A DNA stretch of 64,000 nucleotides from Lama glama. Taxonomy: Eukaryota. A program made the translations under genes and the position numbers. Location: positions 33,108,001 through 33,172,000 of the forward strand of contig CM052832.1 of NCBI GenBank assembly GCA_028534125.1. Reading direction: 5' to 3'. The notes below the pieces were generated by a model, which searched no databases, had not been told where the DNA came from, and was given only the letters and a program-made list of their open reading frames with translations. Positions 52,101 through 63,980 of this stretch are shown piece after piece (position 1 is the first letter of the stretch; each line of letters starts with the position of its first letter).

Positions 52101-53221
52101 GAGAAGTGACCTTGGGGGTTTATGTCCAAATGCAGGTGTCATGTAGGCACTGAAATTCATGCATCTGGAGTACAGGGGAGAGATCCTGGCCAGAAAGATA
52201 AATTTGGAAACTACTTAAAGTCACGAGACTGAATGAGATCTCCAAAAGAGCAGCAAAAAGCCTGAGCCCTGGGTCCCCTAGAGCTTGGAGGCTGAAGTGG
52301 TGAAGATGAGCTGGCAGAGGAGGGGACTGGTGTGGTGTCTGGAAGCCAAGAAAACACCTCTGGGGGTCCAGAGTGGCCAGCTCCGACGAGTCGTCAAAGG
52401 TGTCCACTGGGTCTTGTTTCAACTTGATGTTCACCCATTTCCTTCACAGAACGTGGAGAAGCCTGTGCAGATGATGTTTAAGAAATCTACATTCAAAATA
52501 ACCTACGTGGGGGAAATATTCACCCAAATTCTGGTGCTTCCCTATGTTGGTAAAGAGCTGAATATGATCATCATGCTTCCAGATGAAAATACGGATTTGG
52601 AAACGGTAACTTGGTGGCAACTGCGCTGTGGGGCAAGGGGACCACGTGTGAACCTCTGCCCAGCAGGCTCCCCACTTCCCAGCAAGATCTGTCTGAAGCT
52701 GGCGGCCCCCCCTCACTGCCGTCTCCTATCACCCAGCATAGTGTGCACATCACAGCAGATGGCCTCGCGGGGCCCCACTGTCCTGGATCCTAAAATCTTC
52801 CCCTCTTCTCTTCTAGGTGGAAAAAGAACTTACGTATGAGAAATTCATAGAGTGGACGAGGCTGGACATGATGGACGAGGAGGAGGTGGAGGTGTCCCTC
52901 CCCAGATTTAAGCTGGAGGAGAATTACGACATGGAGGATGTCCTTCGCACTCTGGGCATGACTGACGCCTTCGAGGAAGCCAACGCAGACTTCTCTGGGA
53001 TGTCGTCCCGGAGAGACCTGCACCTGTCCAAGGTTGTGCACAAGTCCTTTGTGGAGGTCAACGAGGAGGGCACAGAGGCGGCAGCCGCCACAGCCGCCAT
53101 CATGTTGATGCGCTGCATCAGAATCACTCCCAGGTTCTGTGCCGACCACCCTTTCCTCTTCTTCATCCAGCACAGCAAAACTAGCGGGCTTCTGTTCTGT
53201 GGCCGGTTTTGCTCCCCATAA
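45977..53221 (+). CDS. SERPINB6: Serpin B6 (PI-6), 378 aa; join of 45977-46141, 48066-48215, 50350-50467, 51198-51340, 52450-52605, 52817-53221
   Basis: [31 protein letters not shown]...[19 protein letters not shown]...[10 protein letters not shown]...[37 protein letters not shown]...FCSP*. Exon sizes 165+150+118+143+156+405 = 1137 nt, all GT-AG; Kozak gccatcATGG; no signal peptide; adjacent to NQO2 as in human. Confidence 0.95.
48066..48215 (+). CDS. SERPINB6: SERPINB6 coding exon 2
   Basis: ttcag|GCA...TCA|gtaagt; [19 protein letters not shown]...YDFLS. Confidence 0.96.
50350..50467 (+). CDS. SERPINB6: SERPINB6 coding exon 3
   Basis: cctag|TCT...GAA G|gtaag; [19 protein letters not shown]...WVAQKTE. 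Confidence 0.96.
51198..51340 (+). CDS. SERPINB6: SERPINB6 coding exon 4
   Basis: ttttcag|GG AAA...AAG|gtgaat; [29 protein letters not shown]...FKVSK. Confidence 0.96.
52450..52605 (+). CDS. SERPINB6: SERPINB6 coding exon 5
   Basis: cacag|AAC...ACG|gtaact; [12 protein letters not shown]...[10 protein letters not shown]. Confidence 0.96.
52817..53221 (+). CDS. SERPINB6: SERPINB6 last coding exon with reactive centre loop
   Basis: ttctag|GTG ... TAA; hinge [10 protein letters not shown] and serpin signature [11 protein letters not shown]. Confidence 0.97.
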   Translation: MEKELTYEKFIEWTRLDMMDEEEVEVSLPRFKLEENYDMEDVLRTLGMTDAFEEANADFSGMSSRRDLHLSKVVHKSFVEVNEEGTEAAAATAAIMLMRCIRITPRFCADHPFLFFIQHSKTSGLLFCGRFCSP

Positions 53222-53325
53222 GGAAGTGGAGGGGCTGCATGCACCCCTCCGTCTCCTGCAGACCCGCTTCCCTGACACTCCACGATGTGCCTGCAGCCCA
53301 AAGTGGCCTTCGGTGACAGTCCAAA

Positions 53326-53331
53326 AATAAA
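53326..53331 (+). terminator. SERPINB6: SERPINB6 polyadenylation signal AATAAA
   Basis: About 105 nt after the stop, followed by GT-rich sequence (cgtgtgtttgtgtg). Confidence 0.75.
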
Positions 53332-54699
53332 ATGTCTGATGGTGAAATCCCGTGTTGAGAGTACCCGTGTGTTTGTGTGCTCACATGTCCTGTGTTTTCT
53401 GGGACTTGAAATTGCCATTCTGGAGGGTCAGTGGTCACAGCAGGGGCAGTGCTGGCTGTTCAGCAAATCCCCCTGCTCTGAGGGTCATCCCTCTGCCCTC
53501 ACCGTGCCAGGCACCAGGGGTAAGTGGCCCTGTTTGTGAGAGAACAGAGAAGCAGTGGCTACGTGCAGTTGTGGGGAGCAGGCCTCAGAGACCCTCAGCG
53601 GGAGCTCTATTCCAAAATGTTGCGAGCTCTCCAGAAGCCAGAAGAGGGGCGGGGAGAGCCCAGACCCACAAGTCAGTCCCACTGCCCACTCTGCGTTAGG
53701 GGGGATCTGTGATCACAGACCTGTTCAAATGCACAACCGTCCACTTTCTCTGAAAATGTTTAATTGCTCCCAGTGGCCAGAGATGAGCAGTCAGTTCACA
53801 GTAATGGAGTTTAAGACAACTTTATGAGTATATATATGCCAAGTAACTTTCTAATTTACCGCAAGTACTGAAAAAAGGTGGTTAAGGTTTCTGTGGCCAC
53901 TTGTGTTACCTGCTGGAAAGATGATCCCCACTCACTGATGCTGAGGGTCACGTGGGAGAGCAGTGCTGTGTTCCAAAACAGCCACACAGAGCTCCCCCAC
54001 TGACCTACTTCCACTCACCAGGAGCTGGGCTCTCTCTAACCTTGTGACGCGATTCATATCTTCATTCTGTTGTTGGTCCTCTTTCCCTGTGGTGCCCAAG
54101 CCAGCAATTCAGCCATGGGGAGAGACTGGGATTGAGGAAACGTCGTCATTATGAGTGGGAGGAGACTAGGGAGGCAGTGTTGTCTCTGCCGTCCTCTCTC
54201 CTACCCCTCCTTCCCCACACAGCTCTGCATACTGCAGGGTGTAGCACAATGGTCTAACCACGAAGGTGGCGAGGTGTGTGTCCACAGAACCATGGTCGCA
54301 GAGGGGTCCAGGCAGTGACCAGACACCAGAGCCTGGGTGGAAGGTGGGGGTTGCTCATACACAAGATGACCCTGATCTCAGTCAGTGACTGGTGGGAAGT
54401 ATGGGGCTGGGGCCCCAGGACTTGCCCAGCATATCCCTGCTAGGTGGGGATGGGGACCAGGGGTGGGGGTTACGGGGAAAGGGACATCCCAGAGGGGCAG
54501 ACACAGGAGCTAGGATTTGGATGCACCTGTAGAGTCCGGGGTCTGGGCCTAGCTGGGCTCCTTCCCTCGCTGGGGCTTCACTGAGTTTCTAAAGGCCTGT
54601 CCACAGTGACAGGACCCAGGATCAGGCTGTCAGGACCATCTTGAACAGTGATCCAAAATCCCTTTGGGTTCCAGGTGAGTTGAAAAGCTGCAAGAAATC

Positions 54700-55390
54700 T
54701 AAATTTCTTGTGGAATCTTCATACTGTTCTCCATAGTGGCTGCACCAACTTATATTCCCACCAACAGTGCACAATGATTCCCTTTTCTCTACACCCTTGT
54801 CAATATTTGTTACTTCTTGTCTTTCTGATAATAGCCATTCTAAAAGTGTGAGGTGCTCTCTCATTGTGGTTTTGATTTGCATCTCCCTGATGATGAGTGA
54901 TGTTGAGTATCTTTCCACGTACCTGTTGGTTGGTCTGTATGTCTTCTTTGGTAAAATGTCTGTTCAAATCCTCTGCCCAATTAAAAATCTGATTGTTTGG
55001 ATTTTTTGCTTTTGAACTATGAGTTCTTCATATATTTCAGATATTAACCCATAATCCAACATATGATTTTCAAATATTTTCTTCCATTCCATAGGTTGCC
55101 TCTTCATTTTGTTGACTGTTTCCTTTGCTGTACGGAAGCTTTCTGGTTTGAAGCTGTCCCTCTTGTTTGTCCTTTCCCCGTTGTATATTCTTTGTTGTAA
55201 GGGAACCTTGTATGTGTGGGTTTATTTCTGGGGTCTCTTTTCTGTTCCACTGATCCATATACATCTGTTTCTATGCCAATATCATACAGTTTTGATTATT
55301 ATAGCCTTGTAATAGCTTGAAATCATTAAGTATAATGACTCTAGCTCTGTTCTTTTTTCAAGACCACTTTGGCTATCCAGTGTCTTTTGT
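54700..55390 (-). mobile_element. L1 ORF2 3' fragment, antisense
   Basis: Minus-strand ORFs read STSLIIREMQIKTTMR and DQWNRKETPEINPH, typical of the L1 ORF2 C-terminus. Confidence 0.85.
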
Positions 55391-55514
55391 TACTAATGTC
55401 TTTTTCCCATGGATCTTATTTAACATTTTTAATAAAATTTCATGTACAATTTTTCATGCATCGTGATAATAAATTTGAAATTACCGTTGCCATCAGTTGA
55501 CTCGTCTGTGGATC

Positions 55515-55685
55515 GGCACTTGGCTTCACGGGCACGTGACCTGTGCAGGCACACCCTTCTGCGAGGGGCCCACAACTGGTTTAATACTCTGCCATCATCA
55601 TCTTGAAATTCTTAATAATTTTTTAACAGAGGGCCCTGCATTTTCATTTTGCCCTGGACCCTGCAAATTTTGTACCCAGTTTTGC
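55515..55685 (+). mobile_element. MER45A-like hAT MITE
   Basis: ggcttcacgggcacgtgacctgtgcag...tcttgaaattcttaataatt...gccctgcattttcattttg...ccctgcaaatt. Confidence 0.75.
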
Positions 55686-55759
55686 TGTATACTACAGCAT
55701 TTTTTTGAAAAAATATTCTTTTTCAGGTGCTGAGGACCATAAATTCTGAGAAATGAAAG

Positions 55760-57668
55760 ATCTTCTCATTCCAATTTTTTTATTACAATTTATAAGTATT
55801 TTGGTCAGAATATCTCTATAGTTAGCCTTTTTGCCTACATACAACATGTGTTTCCTATCCAAACACTTTTACCAGATATAATTTATCAAACTATCTATCC
55901 ATATAATTCTTTTGACATTTTCACCAAATTTACATGCTTTAAAATCTTTGACCTCAGTTTCACTGCATTCTAATACAGAGTATAAATTTATGCAGTTAAA
56001 TATAGGAACTTTATCTAAAGATTCTTCCCACACATCAAAATATTCCAAAATTCAATTTTAGAATTTCAGAATTAAGTCATGTATTTCACTCAAATTATTT
56101 GTTTAACTTTCCCTTGTTTTTGTACATAGAACTGAGTATCTTTCTGTTTACAAATTTTGCTTTTGATGATTTCAAAACTACCAAAATTCAACTACGACTG
56201 CTCCACTCTTTGAATATCTTGATTAAATATTTCTAATTGACTTTGAACAAAATGCACCTGAAAGTCTGAGCACTCAGTTCAAAGGTTAGTATCATTGAAG
56301 AACAGCTAGGCTGATTTAAAATTGTTCTTCAAAGGAGCACACGTTAACTTCATTCCACTTGCTGACAGGCAGCACAGAGCATGTACAGACATGTTGACGT
56401 ATTTTTTGTATTCGTTAACAGATTCTTTACAAATATTTTGTAGTTGTGATTATATAAAGAAAATTTGTAAATTTGGACAGTTATAGATTGTTTTGTTTGG
56501 AAGAATACTGCAACTTGATCAATGCAGCCTGAATTGTGGGTACATCATAACCAACTCTAAGGTCATTTCTTCTCCAAAGGTGCATAATTTGGTAAGAATA
56601 TTGTTTTTACACAGGGCTATGTTCTACTGAAATCGGAATCACACTGTCAGTACAAAAATCTTCACTGATACACACTTTAATTAAATTTATGACCAAATTT
56701 CATTCACAAAGTACTGCGTATTTCACCTCTGGGAGGGAGAACTTCTAAAAGTTTAACTTTGATTCTATCCATGAATTACATGAAAAATACAAAATTTTTT
56801 TTATTTGAACACTGGGATGAAACTGGCTTTAGCAAAATACAAACTTTTTCTTCCCCTAATGGAGCCAATACTTTCACATATAGCTTTACTTTTCTGAAAA
56901 CGGCAGGAACTAGTTTAGAAACAGTCATCTGATGAAAAGTCGGCTTCAGGAGTTGCGTATAAGTGAGCCCCGTGCAGGTGCACTTGTTAGACTGTTCTCT
57001 GGATAAAATTTTAAAGTAACTGCTAATTTTTGACGGACATGCTGGTCTTTTCTTATAGACTAGCATCTTATAGTCCGCATATGGTTAAAGATAACACTGT
57101 GCTACCTATGGTGGGTGGTCAACCACATTTCGTGCACAACACACACCCTATTTGTTGAAGATGTGAAGATTCAGTACTTACTTTTTGACTTGTTTGCTGA
57201 AAGGATTTATTGCAAAATGAAAAAGTATAACCAAACAATAAATGTCTGTAGATCTTCACTCTACGATGAATAAAACCGCTGTTTCCAGAGTTGAGAATTT
57301 TTTTCCCCTGTAGTCCTCTGTAACTGGATTAGAGCGGATCATCCTATTTCGCTGTACGTATTTCACATTTGCCTAAATTCTAATCTTCCAGTTTCCAACT
57401 GACCCTGACTAACGACGGCACAACCGAGAGACCCCTACAAGGCAGGAGCAGCCGCGCCAGGGCTTCCCGCCCGCCTCGCCCACCTCCAGGGTCAACAGCA
57501 GTGCCCTCCGGCGTCAGTCAGGTTTGGTAAAGGACAGCGACCAGCCCTGAGAGCCAGGACGTGAGAGCAGAGAAGGCCCAGGTAATGGGGACGCCAGGAG
57601 ATGGAACGAGGATAAAGGCTCCGGGGACGCCCGGGTGTGAGTCCCGGGCAGGAGCGCGGCGGTGACCC
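55760..57668 (-). mobile_element. hAT DNA transposon fossil (Blackjack-like) with decayed transposase
   Basis: Minus-strand fragments translate to hAT-like peptides (KISSYFK, VKVLAPLGEE, KNNILTKL, QIYKF, LQNICKESVNEYKK). The right end gtcccgggca...ggtgaccc resembles a Blackjack/MER94-type terminus. Confidence 0.55.
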
Positions 57669-58590
57669 ACCTCTTCCGGGAGCCCCGCCCCCCGGAGCCC
57701 CGGGGCGGGAGCTGGCAGCGGCGGGGCGGGAAACACCCGCGGCCGGGCCCTCCTCCCCGCGCCTGGGAGGCGAACCTGGGGGCGGCCCTACGGACCGGGG
57801 CCCCTGGGCTGCCCCTGGGTCAGCGCGGAACACCCGCGGCCCCTCCTGCCTTCAGCTCTCACTCGAGGTGATGTAAGAAAACGCCTCCTTTCCAGCGGAA
57901 ACGAGGACAAAGAGGAGAGCCCCCGCCGCACACCTCACACCCCAGCTGCGCTGCTCCCTCGGGCCTGGCGCCCACCAGCCGCACCTGCCGGCCGGCGGCG
58001 TCCCACAAGCCGGGCCCGCGCCCTCCGCGCCGGGGGCCGAGGAGCAGGACACAAGGGCCCGTCACGGGCAAAGCCTGACAACTCCCGGGAAGTAAAAGCA
58101 GAATGGGGGTGAGAAGGCAAGGTCTAACCTTCCTTTCCCTTCGTGCTCGGTCACTGCGCCGCCGAGCCCTTCAGCCCAGGATCCTGGTGCTGCGAAATGG
58201 CGGCGCCCACGCCTCAGCTCCGTGCGCAGAAGCCCCGCCCACAGCACGGCGGGATTCAAGATGGCGGCGGCGGGCCGTGCGCAGAGGCCCGCGCCCAGCG
58301 CTCGGTCCAAGATGGCGGCGGCGGGCAGTGCACAGAGAGGATGCCCCTCCAGGGAACCCGGAGCCCGAGCGGCGCAGCCACGCCCACCCACGAGAACCCC
58401 GCCCCCTCCCCAAGCCTATAAAGCTGCGCGGCCCCGCCTGGCGCTGGCTAGTGCTCTCATCTCTCATGTCGGGAGGCTGCTTTCCTTTGCTTCTGAACGG
58501 AACTCGGAACTCTGTCTCACTCTACTGGCGGAGCCACACCAGGCAGGTGGACCCTCATTGGGGACCAACTCTAAAAGGTTGGTAATACTA
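57420..58590 (+). promoter_or_regulatory. Orphan CpG island with YY1 motifs, GC box and TATA box (possibly LTR-derived, ~57872-58587)
   Basis: GAAATGGCGGC 58194, CAAGATGGCGGC 58257 and 58308, ccccgccccc 58397, TATAAAG 58417. Confidence 0.55.
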
Positions 58591-60224
58591 ATTGTCACCC
58601 AACCCCTTATAAGTTAACACGTACTTCTAGGTAACACCCTGAAAAGTAATGGAAAGGGTGACAATACGCTAACCAGGCACTAACAGCACTTACCAGGTGG
58701 TGTCATGTCAGAAAACGCACAATTCCTTGAAATACAAAGCCTGGCAAACTAATTAATGTGATGCTTTTGGAAGCAGAAATCTAAAGATTTTAATATAAGC
58801 ACATTTTGGATTATCTGCATGACTTTCTAGCTGATGCTGCGAATTTCAGGTCCTGTTGGTCCTGAGCGGGACTAATTTAATAGCGGCAGGGTGATGGAAA
58901 AGGACACTGTAGATCTTGCGTGGCTGATGCACGAGCTCTGTGGCCTGGCTGTCTGCATCCAGGAAGGTTTTTGAGTCGGTTTGAATAGAGAAGAGATTTC
59001 AGCGAGGTGGAATACACGCATTATTCACACCAAACTCAACAGAATTGGTGGAAAATCTGAGCACCATTTTCAGGTTAAACAGCAATTTAGTTCCAGCAAA
59101 GCAGCATCACACGTCGGGTGCACGGAGACTCAACGGAGCCCCTTGGCCCGGCTGCTCTCAGGAGGTGAAGACCCCATTCTCTAAGGGTTCGCAACAACCA
59201 CACCGTAATTCTCATGGACACTTGCTCCTAGTTAAACTTCTCCCTCTCAGAATGTGTGGGGCACGTGGCAATATCATGAATACAGGTGCAGTAAAGAAAG
59301 CCCTGCTCTGGGAAAGAGGCTGTGTGGACTGGCTCTGGTGAAACCCTGCCATGACTCCCACCCACCGCACCTTCCCTGCAGGCCATGAGGAGCAGAGTCA
59401 ACTGTCTATAGGAGCTTCCGAGCTCTGTGCCCTCCTGGGATGAAGTCACAGTGGCAAATGCATTTTTACCCCATGCCTTTGCAAAATACAGAATCCACAG
59501 GAATACTGGGGAAAGTGGGAGGTGAGATTTGCAGAGGAAGGAGCTGCGTTGCTGGAAGATATGGCCAGTCACTGAGCTTAGATGTTTGGAAGCCCCCGGA
59601 TGGCTAAGGGGGCCTCCTCACTGTGAGTCCCAAGTGCACTCCTTGATAAGGGGTATTTCCTCATCTGACTAGGAGGCATCCAGGGATCTCAGTCCCCAGG
59701 AACTCCGACTGCCTGACCCCACACCCCTCCTGGGCAAGCCAAAGTCCAGGTGGAGGTCCTGAGAGGCCCAGCCTGAGGTATCTTTTCTGGGGTCTGAAAG
59801 TCCAGAGCCAAAGCATTCTGAAACCCAGCATCAAGGATCAGGAGTTGGAACCAGCAGATACGCCCAGGTATCAGTTGAAGAGCTGTGAATAATAAGGTAC
59901 AAGGCCAGAAGACAGAGGATGAGGCTGAGAATGGTGTCTGAGACTCTCAGTCTTGGTCTGGCACCTTCTCTTTAGGTCCCTGTGGCCTCACTGGGGTTGG
60001 GGGTGAGGCCTCTGCACCCCTCCTGCATCTGTGCCATGTCAGCCTACCTCATCTCCCACTCCCCGTGTTTGCCTAACGTCTCGTCCCATTGCTCGAGAGT
60101 GCAGACTCCCACGACACACCCATCATAAAGCAGGCAGAGGGATCTTTCTAAAACACAGATACGATCTTGCATCTCCCCACTTGAAGTCCTTTGATCGTGA
60201 GAAAAAGAGGAAGCCCACCATGAC

Positions 60225-60560
60225 TAAAGCCCAGTTAATTTTATGTGTCACCTTGGCCAGGCCATAGTACCCTCATATTTGGTAAAACACCAGTCTTGAT
60301 GTTGCTGTGAAGGTATTTTTTTATACGAGATGAACATTTAAATCAGGAGGCTTTGAGTAAGGTGGACTGCTCATCGTCATGGAGGTGTGCCTCATCCAGT
60401 CAGTTGAAGACTTTGAGAATGACTCAGGTCCACTGAGAAAGAGGGAGCTCCACCCCCGGAGGTCTTTGAACTCAAGCTGCAACATAACTCTTCCCTGGGT
60501 CTCCCAGCTCCCCTGCGGGTTCCCAGTCTCCCCTCCCCCTTCCTCTCACTACCTTCAAAT
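60225..60560 (+). mobile_element. MLT2-like ERVL LTR fragment
   Basis: gttaattttatgtgtcaccttggccaggcc...gatgttgctgtgaaggtatttttt...aatcaggaggctttgagtaa. Confidence 0.7.
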
Positions 60561-60930
60561 CTCAGAAATTCCACAGAATATGATGACCGGCTTCCTTTGT
60601 GCCTCCACTGCACACTAGTAATTCCATCACTCACATGAGACCTCCCAGGATGGGGATATGATGGCTCCTGATGTCTTACGATGGAGCTACAGCCTGTATT
60701 TGCAGCATCCCTGGCTGTTGGTGGTTCCAGGTTCAGCTGGGATGTTCCACAGACCTGGAAAGGAATGTGTCGTCTTCCCTGCTCCAAGCTGGCTTTCTCA
60801 TGTAAACATCCACATGGCCCACGGCTCAACTTAAGTTAACATTTACCTGCTAGCTCAGCATAATCCTTGACACCTCCTGCACCTGAGCCCTATGTGATCA
60901 GCCACCTGGCCTGGCAACCCCATCTTCCAC

Positions 60931-61140
60931 TTGTCCACTTAAAGAAAAACACACAACATAAGAGTTGTGAGTTTAGCTTTATTCGGGAAAATTTCTGAGG
61001 ACTGTATCCTGGGAGATGGCCTCTCACTAGCTCCCAGGGAACTTTTCTGAAGAGGTAGGGGAGGAGATGGTTTGTAAATGATTTTTGGCTGGGGAATGCA
61101 TGCAGTCAAGCATATATCTTGGTAAAAGATTACTGCTAGT
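60931..61140 (-). mobile_element. LTR (same family as 36758-37514), interrupted by L1
   Basis: tgtccacttaaagaaaaacacacaacataagagttgtgag is a reverse-complement homologue of the 37470-37514 LTR end; sequence resumes after ~63976. Confidence 0.6.
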
Positions 61141-63980
61141 GGAAGGAAAGAAATAATAAAGATCAGAGAGAAAATAAAATAGAGATTAAAAATAGAAAAA
61201 ATTAGTCAATAAAACCAAGAGCTGGCGTTTTGGAAGAGAAAGCAAAACTTCTGGCCAGGGTCACCAAGAAGAAAAGAGAAAGGACCCAAATAAACAAAAT
61301 ATGAAATGAAAGGGGAGAGATAACAACCAATACCACAGACATACAACAAAACCATAGGGGTTACTATGAACAGTCCCGTTCCAACAAACTGGACAACCTA
61401 GAAGAAATGGACAAGTTTCTAGAGATATACAGTCCCCCAACACTGAATTAAGAAGAAATAGATAATTTGAACAGATTGATCACTAAAAGTGAAACAGAAT
61501 CAGTAATTTTAAAAAAGTCCCTGCAGACAAAAGTCCAGGACCCAGATGGGCTTCACTGGGGAATTCTACCAAATGTACAAAGAACTTATACTGATCCTTT
61601 TCAAAATCTTCCAAAAGATTGAAGAGAAGGGAACACTCCCAAAGTCATTCTANNNNNNNNNNNNNNNNNNNNNNNNNNNNNNNNNNNNNNNNNNNNNNNN
61701 NNNNNNNNNNNNNNNNNNNNNNNNNNNNNNNNNNNNNNNNNNNNNNNNNNNNNNNNNNNNNNNNNNNNNNNNNNNNNNNNNNNNNNNNNNNNNNNNNNNN
61801 NNNNNNNNNNTGGATTCATCCCAGAGACACACGGATGATTCCACATACACAAGTCAATCAATGTGATACACCACATCAACAAGAGAAAGGACAAAAATCA
61901 CATGATCATCTCAATAGATGCACAAAAAGCATCTGATAAAATTCAGCATCTATTCATGATAAAAACTCTTACCAAAGTGGGTACAGAGGGAACATATCTC
62001 AACATAATAAAAGCTATTTATGACAAACCCACAGCCAATATAATACTCAGCGATGAAAAGTTGAAAGCTTTCCTGCTAAAATCTGGAACAAGGCAATGAT
62101 GTCCACTTTCACCACTTCTTTTCAACATAGTATGGGAAGTCCTAGCCACAGCAGTCATACAAGAAAAAGAAAGAAAAGGGGTCTAAATTGGAAGAGAAGA
62201 GGTTAAATTGTCACTATATGCAGGTGACATGATACTACCAGAGCTGAAAAATGAATTAAGCAAGGTAGCAGGATACAAGATTAACATACAGAAATCTGTT
62301 GCATTTCTTTACACTAAATGAAATATCAGAAAACAAAAGTAAAAAAAAATCCCTTTTAAATCGCATCAAGGAAAATAAGGTACTTAAGAATAAACCTAAG
62401 GAAGTGAAAGACTTACGTGCCGAGAACTATAAAACATTGACTAAATAAGTAAATAAGATGATTTGAAGAAATGGAAAGATATCCCATGCTCTTGGGTTAG
62501 AAGAATTAATATTGTTAAAATGGCCATCCTACCCAAAGCAATCTACAGATTTAATAAGATCCCTATCAAATTACCCATAACATTTTCCAGAGAACTAGAA
62601 CAAATAATTCTAAAATTTATATGGAATCATAAAGACTCAGAATTGCCAAAGCAATACCGATGAGAACGAACAAAGCTGAAGGCATAACCCTCCTAGACTT
62701 CAGACAATACTACAGAGCTGCAGTAATCAAAACAGCGTGATATTGGCACACAGACATATAGATCAGTGGAACAGAATAGAGCGCCTAGAAATAAACTCAC
62801 AAACCTACAGTCAATTAATCTTCGACAAAGGAGGCAAGAACATACAATGGAGAAAAGAGAGTCTCTTCAGCAAATGGTGCTGGGAAAACTGGACAGCAGC
62901 ATTTAAATCAATGAAGTTAGTATACTCCCTCCACCATACAAAAAAATAAACTCAAAATGGCTTAAAGACTTAAACATAAGACAGGACACCATAAATCTCC
63001 TGGAAGAGAACATAGGCAAAACATTCTCTTATATAATTGTAGCAATGTTTTCCTAGGTCAGTCTCCCAAGGTAGTAAAAATAAAAGCAAAAATAAACAAA
63101 TAGGACCTAATCAAACTTACAAGCTTTTGCATAGTGAAGGAAACCATAAACAAAATGAAAAGACAACCTATAGACTGGGAGAAAATATTTGCAAATGATG
63201 TGACTGACAAGGGCTTAATTTCCAAAATATATGAACAGTTCAAACAACTCAACAACAACAAAAAAACCCAATCAAAAAATGGATAGAAGACTTAAACATT
63301 TTTCCAATGAAGACATACAGATGGTCAATAAGCACATGAAAAAAATGCTCAACATCACTAATTATCAGAGAAATGCAAAACTACANNNNNNNNNNNNNNN
63401 NNNNNNNNNNNNNNNNNNNNNNNNNNNNNNNNNNNNNNNNNNNNNNNNNNNNNNNNNNNNNNNNNNNNNNNNNNNNNNNNNNNNNNNNNNNNNNNNNNNN
63501 NNNNNNNNNNNNNNNNNNNNNNNNNNNNNNNNNNNNNNNNNNNNNNNNNNNNNNNNNNNNNNNNNNNNNNNNNNNNNNNNNNNNTTCCTGGACATACATA
63601 TCTGGAGAGAACTCTAATTCAAAAAGACACATACATCCCAGTGTTCATAGCAGCACTATTTACAATAGCCAAGACATAGAAGCACCTAAATGTCCATCGA
63701 CAGATGACTGGATAAAGAAGTTGTGTTATATATGGTGGAATACTACTCAGCCACGAAAAAGAAACAATGCCATTTTCAGCAGCATGGATGGACCTAGAGA
63801 TTATCATACTAAGTGAAGTAAGTCAGACAGAGAAAGGCCAATATCATATATCACTTATATGTGGAATCTAAAATATGATATAGGTCGGGGGAGGGTATAT
63901 CTCAGTGGTAGAGCACATGCTGAGCACGCACAAGGTCATGGGTTCAATCTCTAGTAACTCAGTTCAATTAAAAAAAAAAG
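61141..63980 (+). mobile_element. 5'-truncated L1 (ORF2 RT region to 3' end), disabled, with two N-gaps
   Basis: ORF2 peptides [36 protein letters not shown]. Imperfect TSD aaaagattact(gct)agt at ~61124-61140 and ~63976-63989. Gaps at 61653-61810 and 63386-63584. Confidence 0.9.
63887..63960 (+). mobile_element. tRNA-Ala SINE head embedded in the L1 3'UTR
   Basis: gggggagggtatatctcagtggtagagcacatgctgagcacgcacaaggtcatgggttcaatc without its usual tail. Confidence 0.8.

Noticed and set aside
52285-52839. 184-aa ORF overlapping a SERPINB6 exon, and antisense ORFs at 45949-46320 and 52790-53418
   Set aside because: Explained by exon frames running into introns and by antisense shadows of real exons.
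61546-63816. ORFs spanning X runs that look like an intact reverse transcriptase
   Set aside because: They are inflated by N-gaps; the sequenced L1 ORF2 parts contain stops and frameshifts, and the 5' end is missing.
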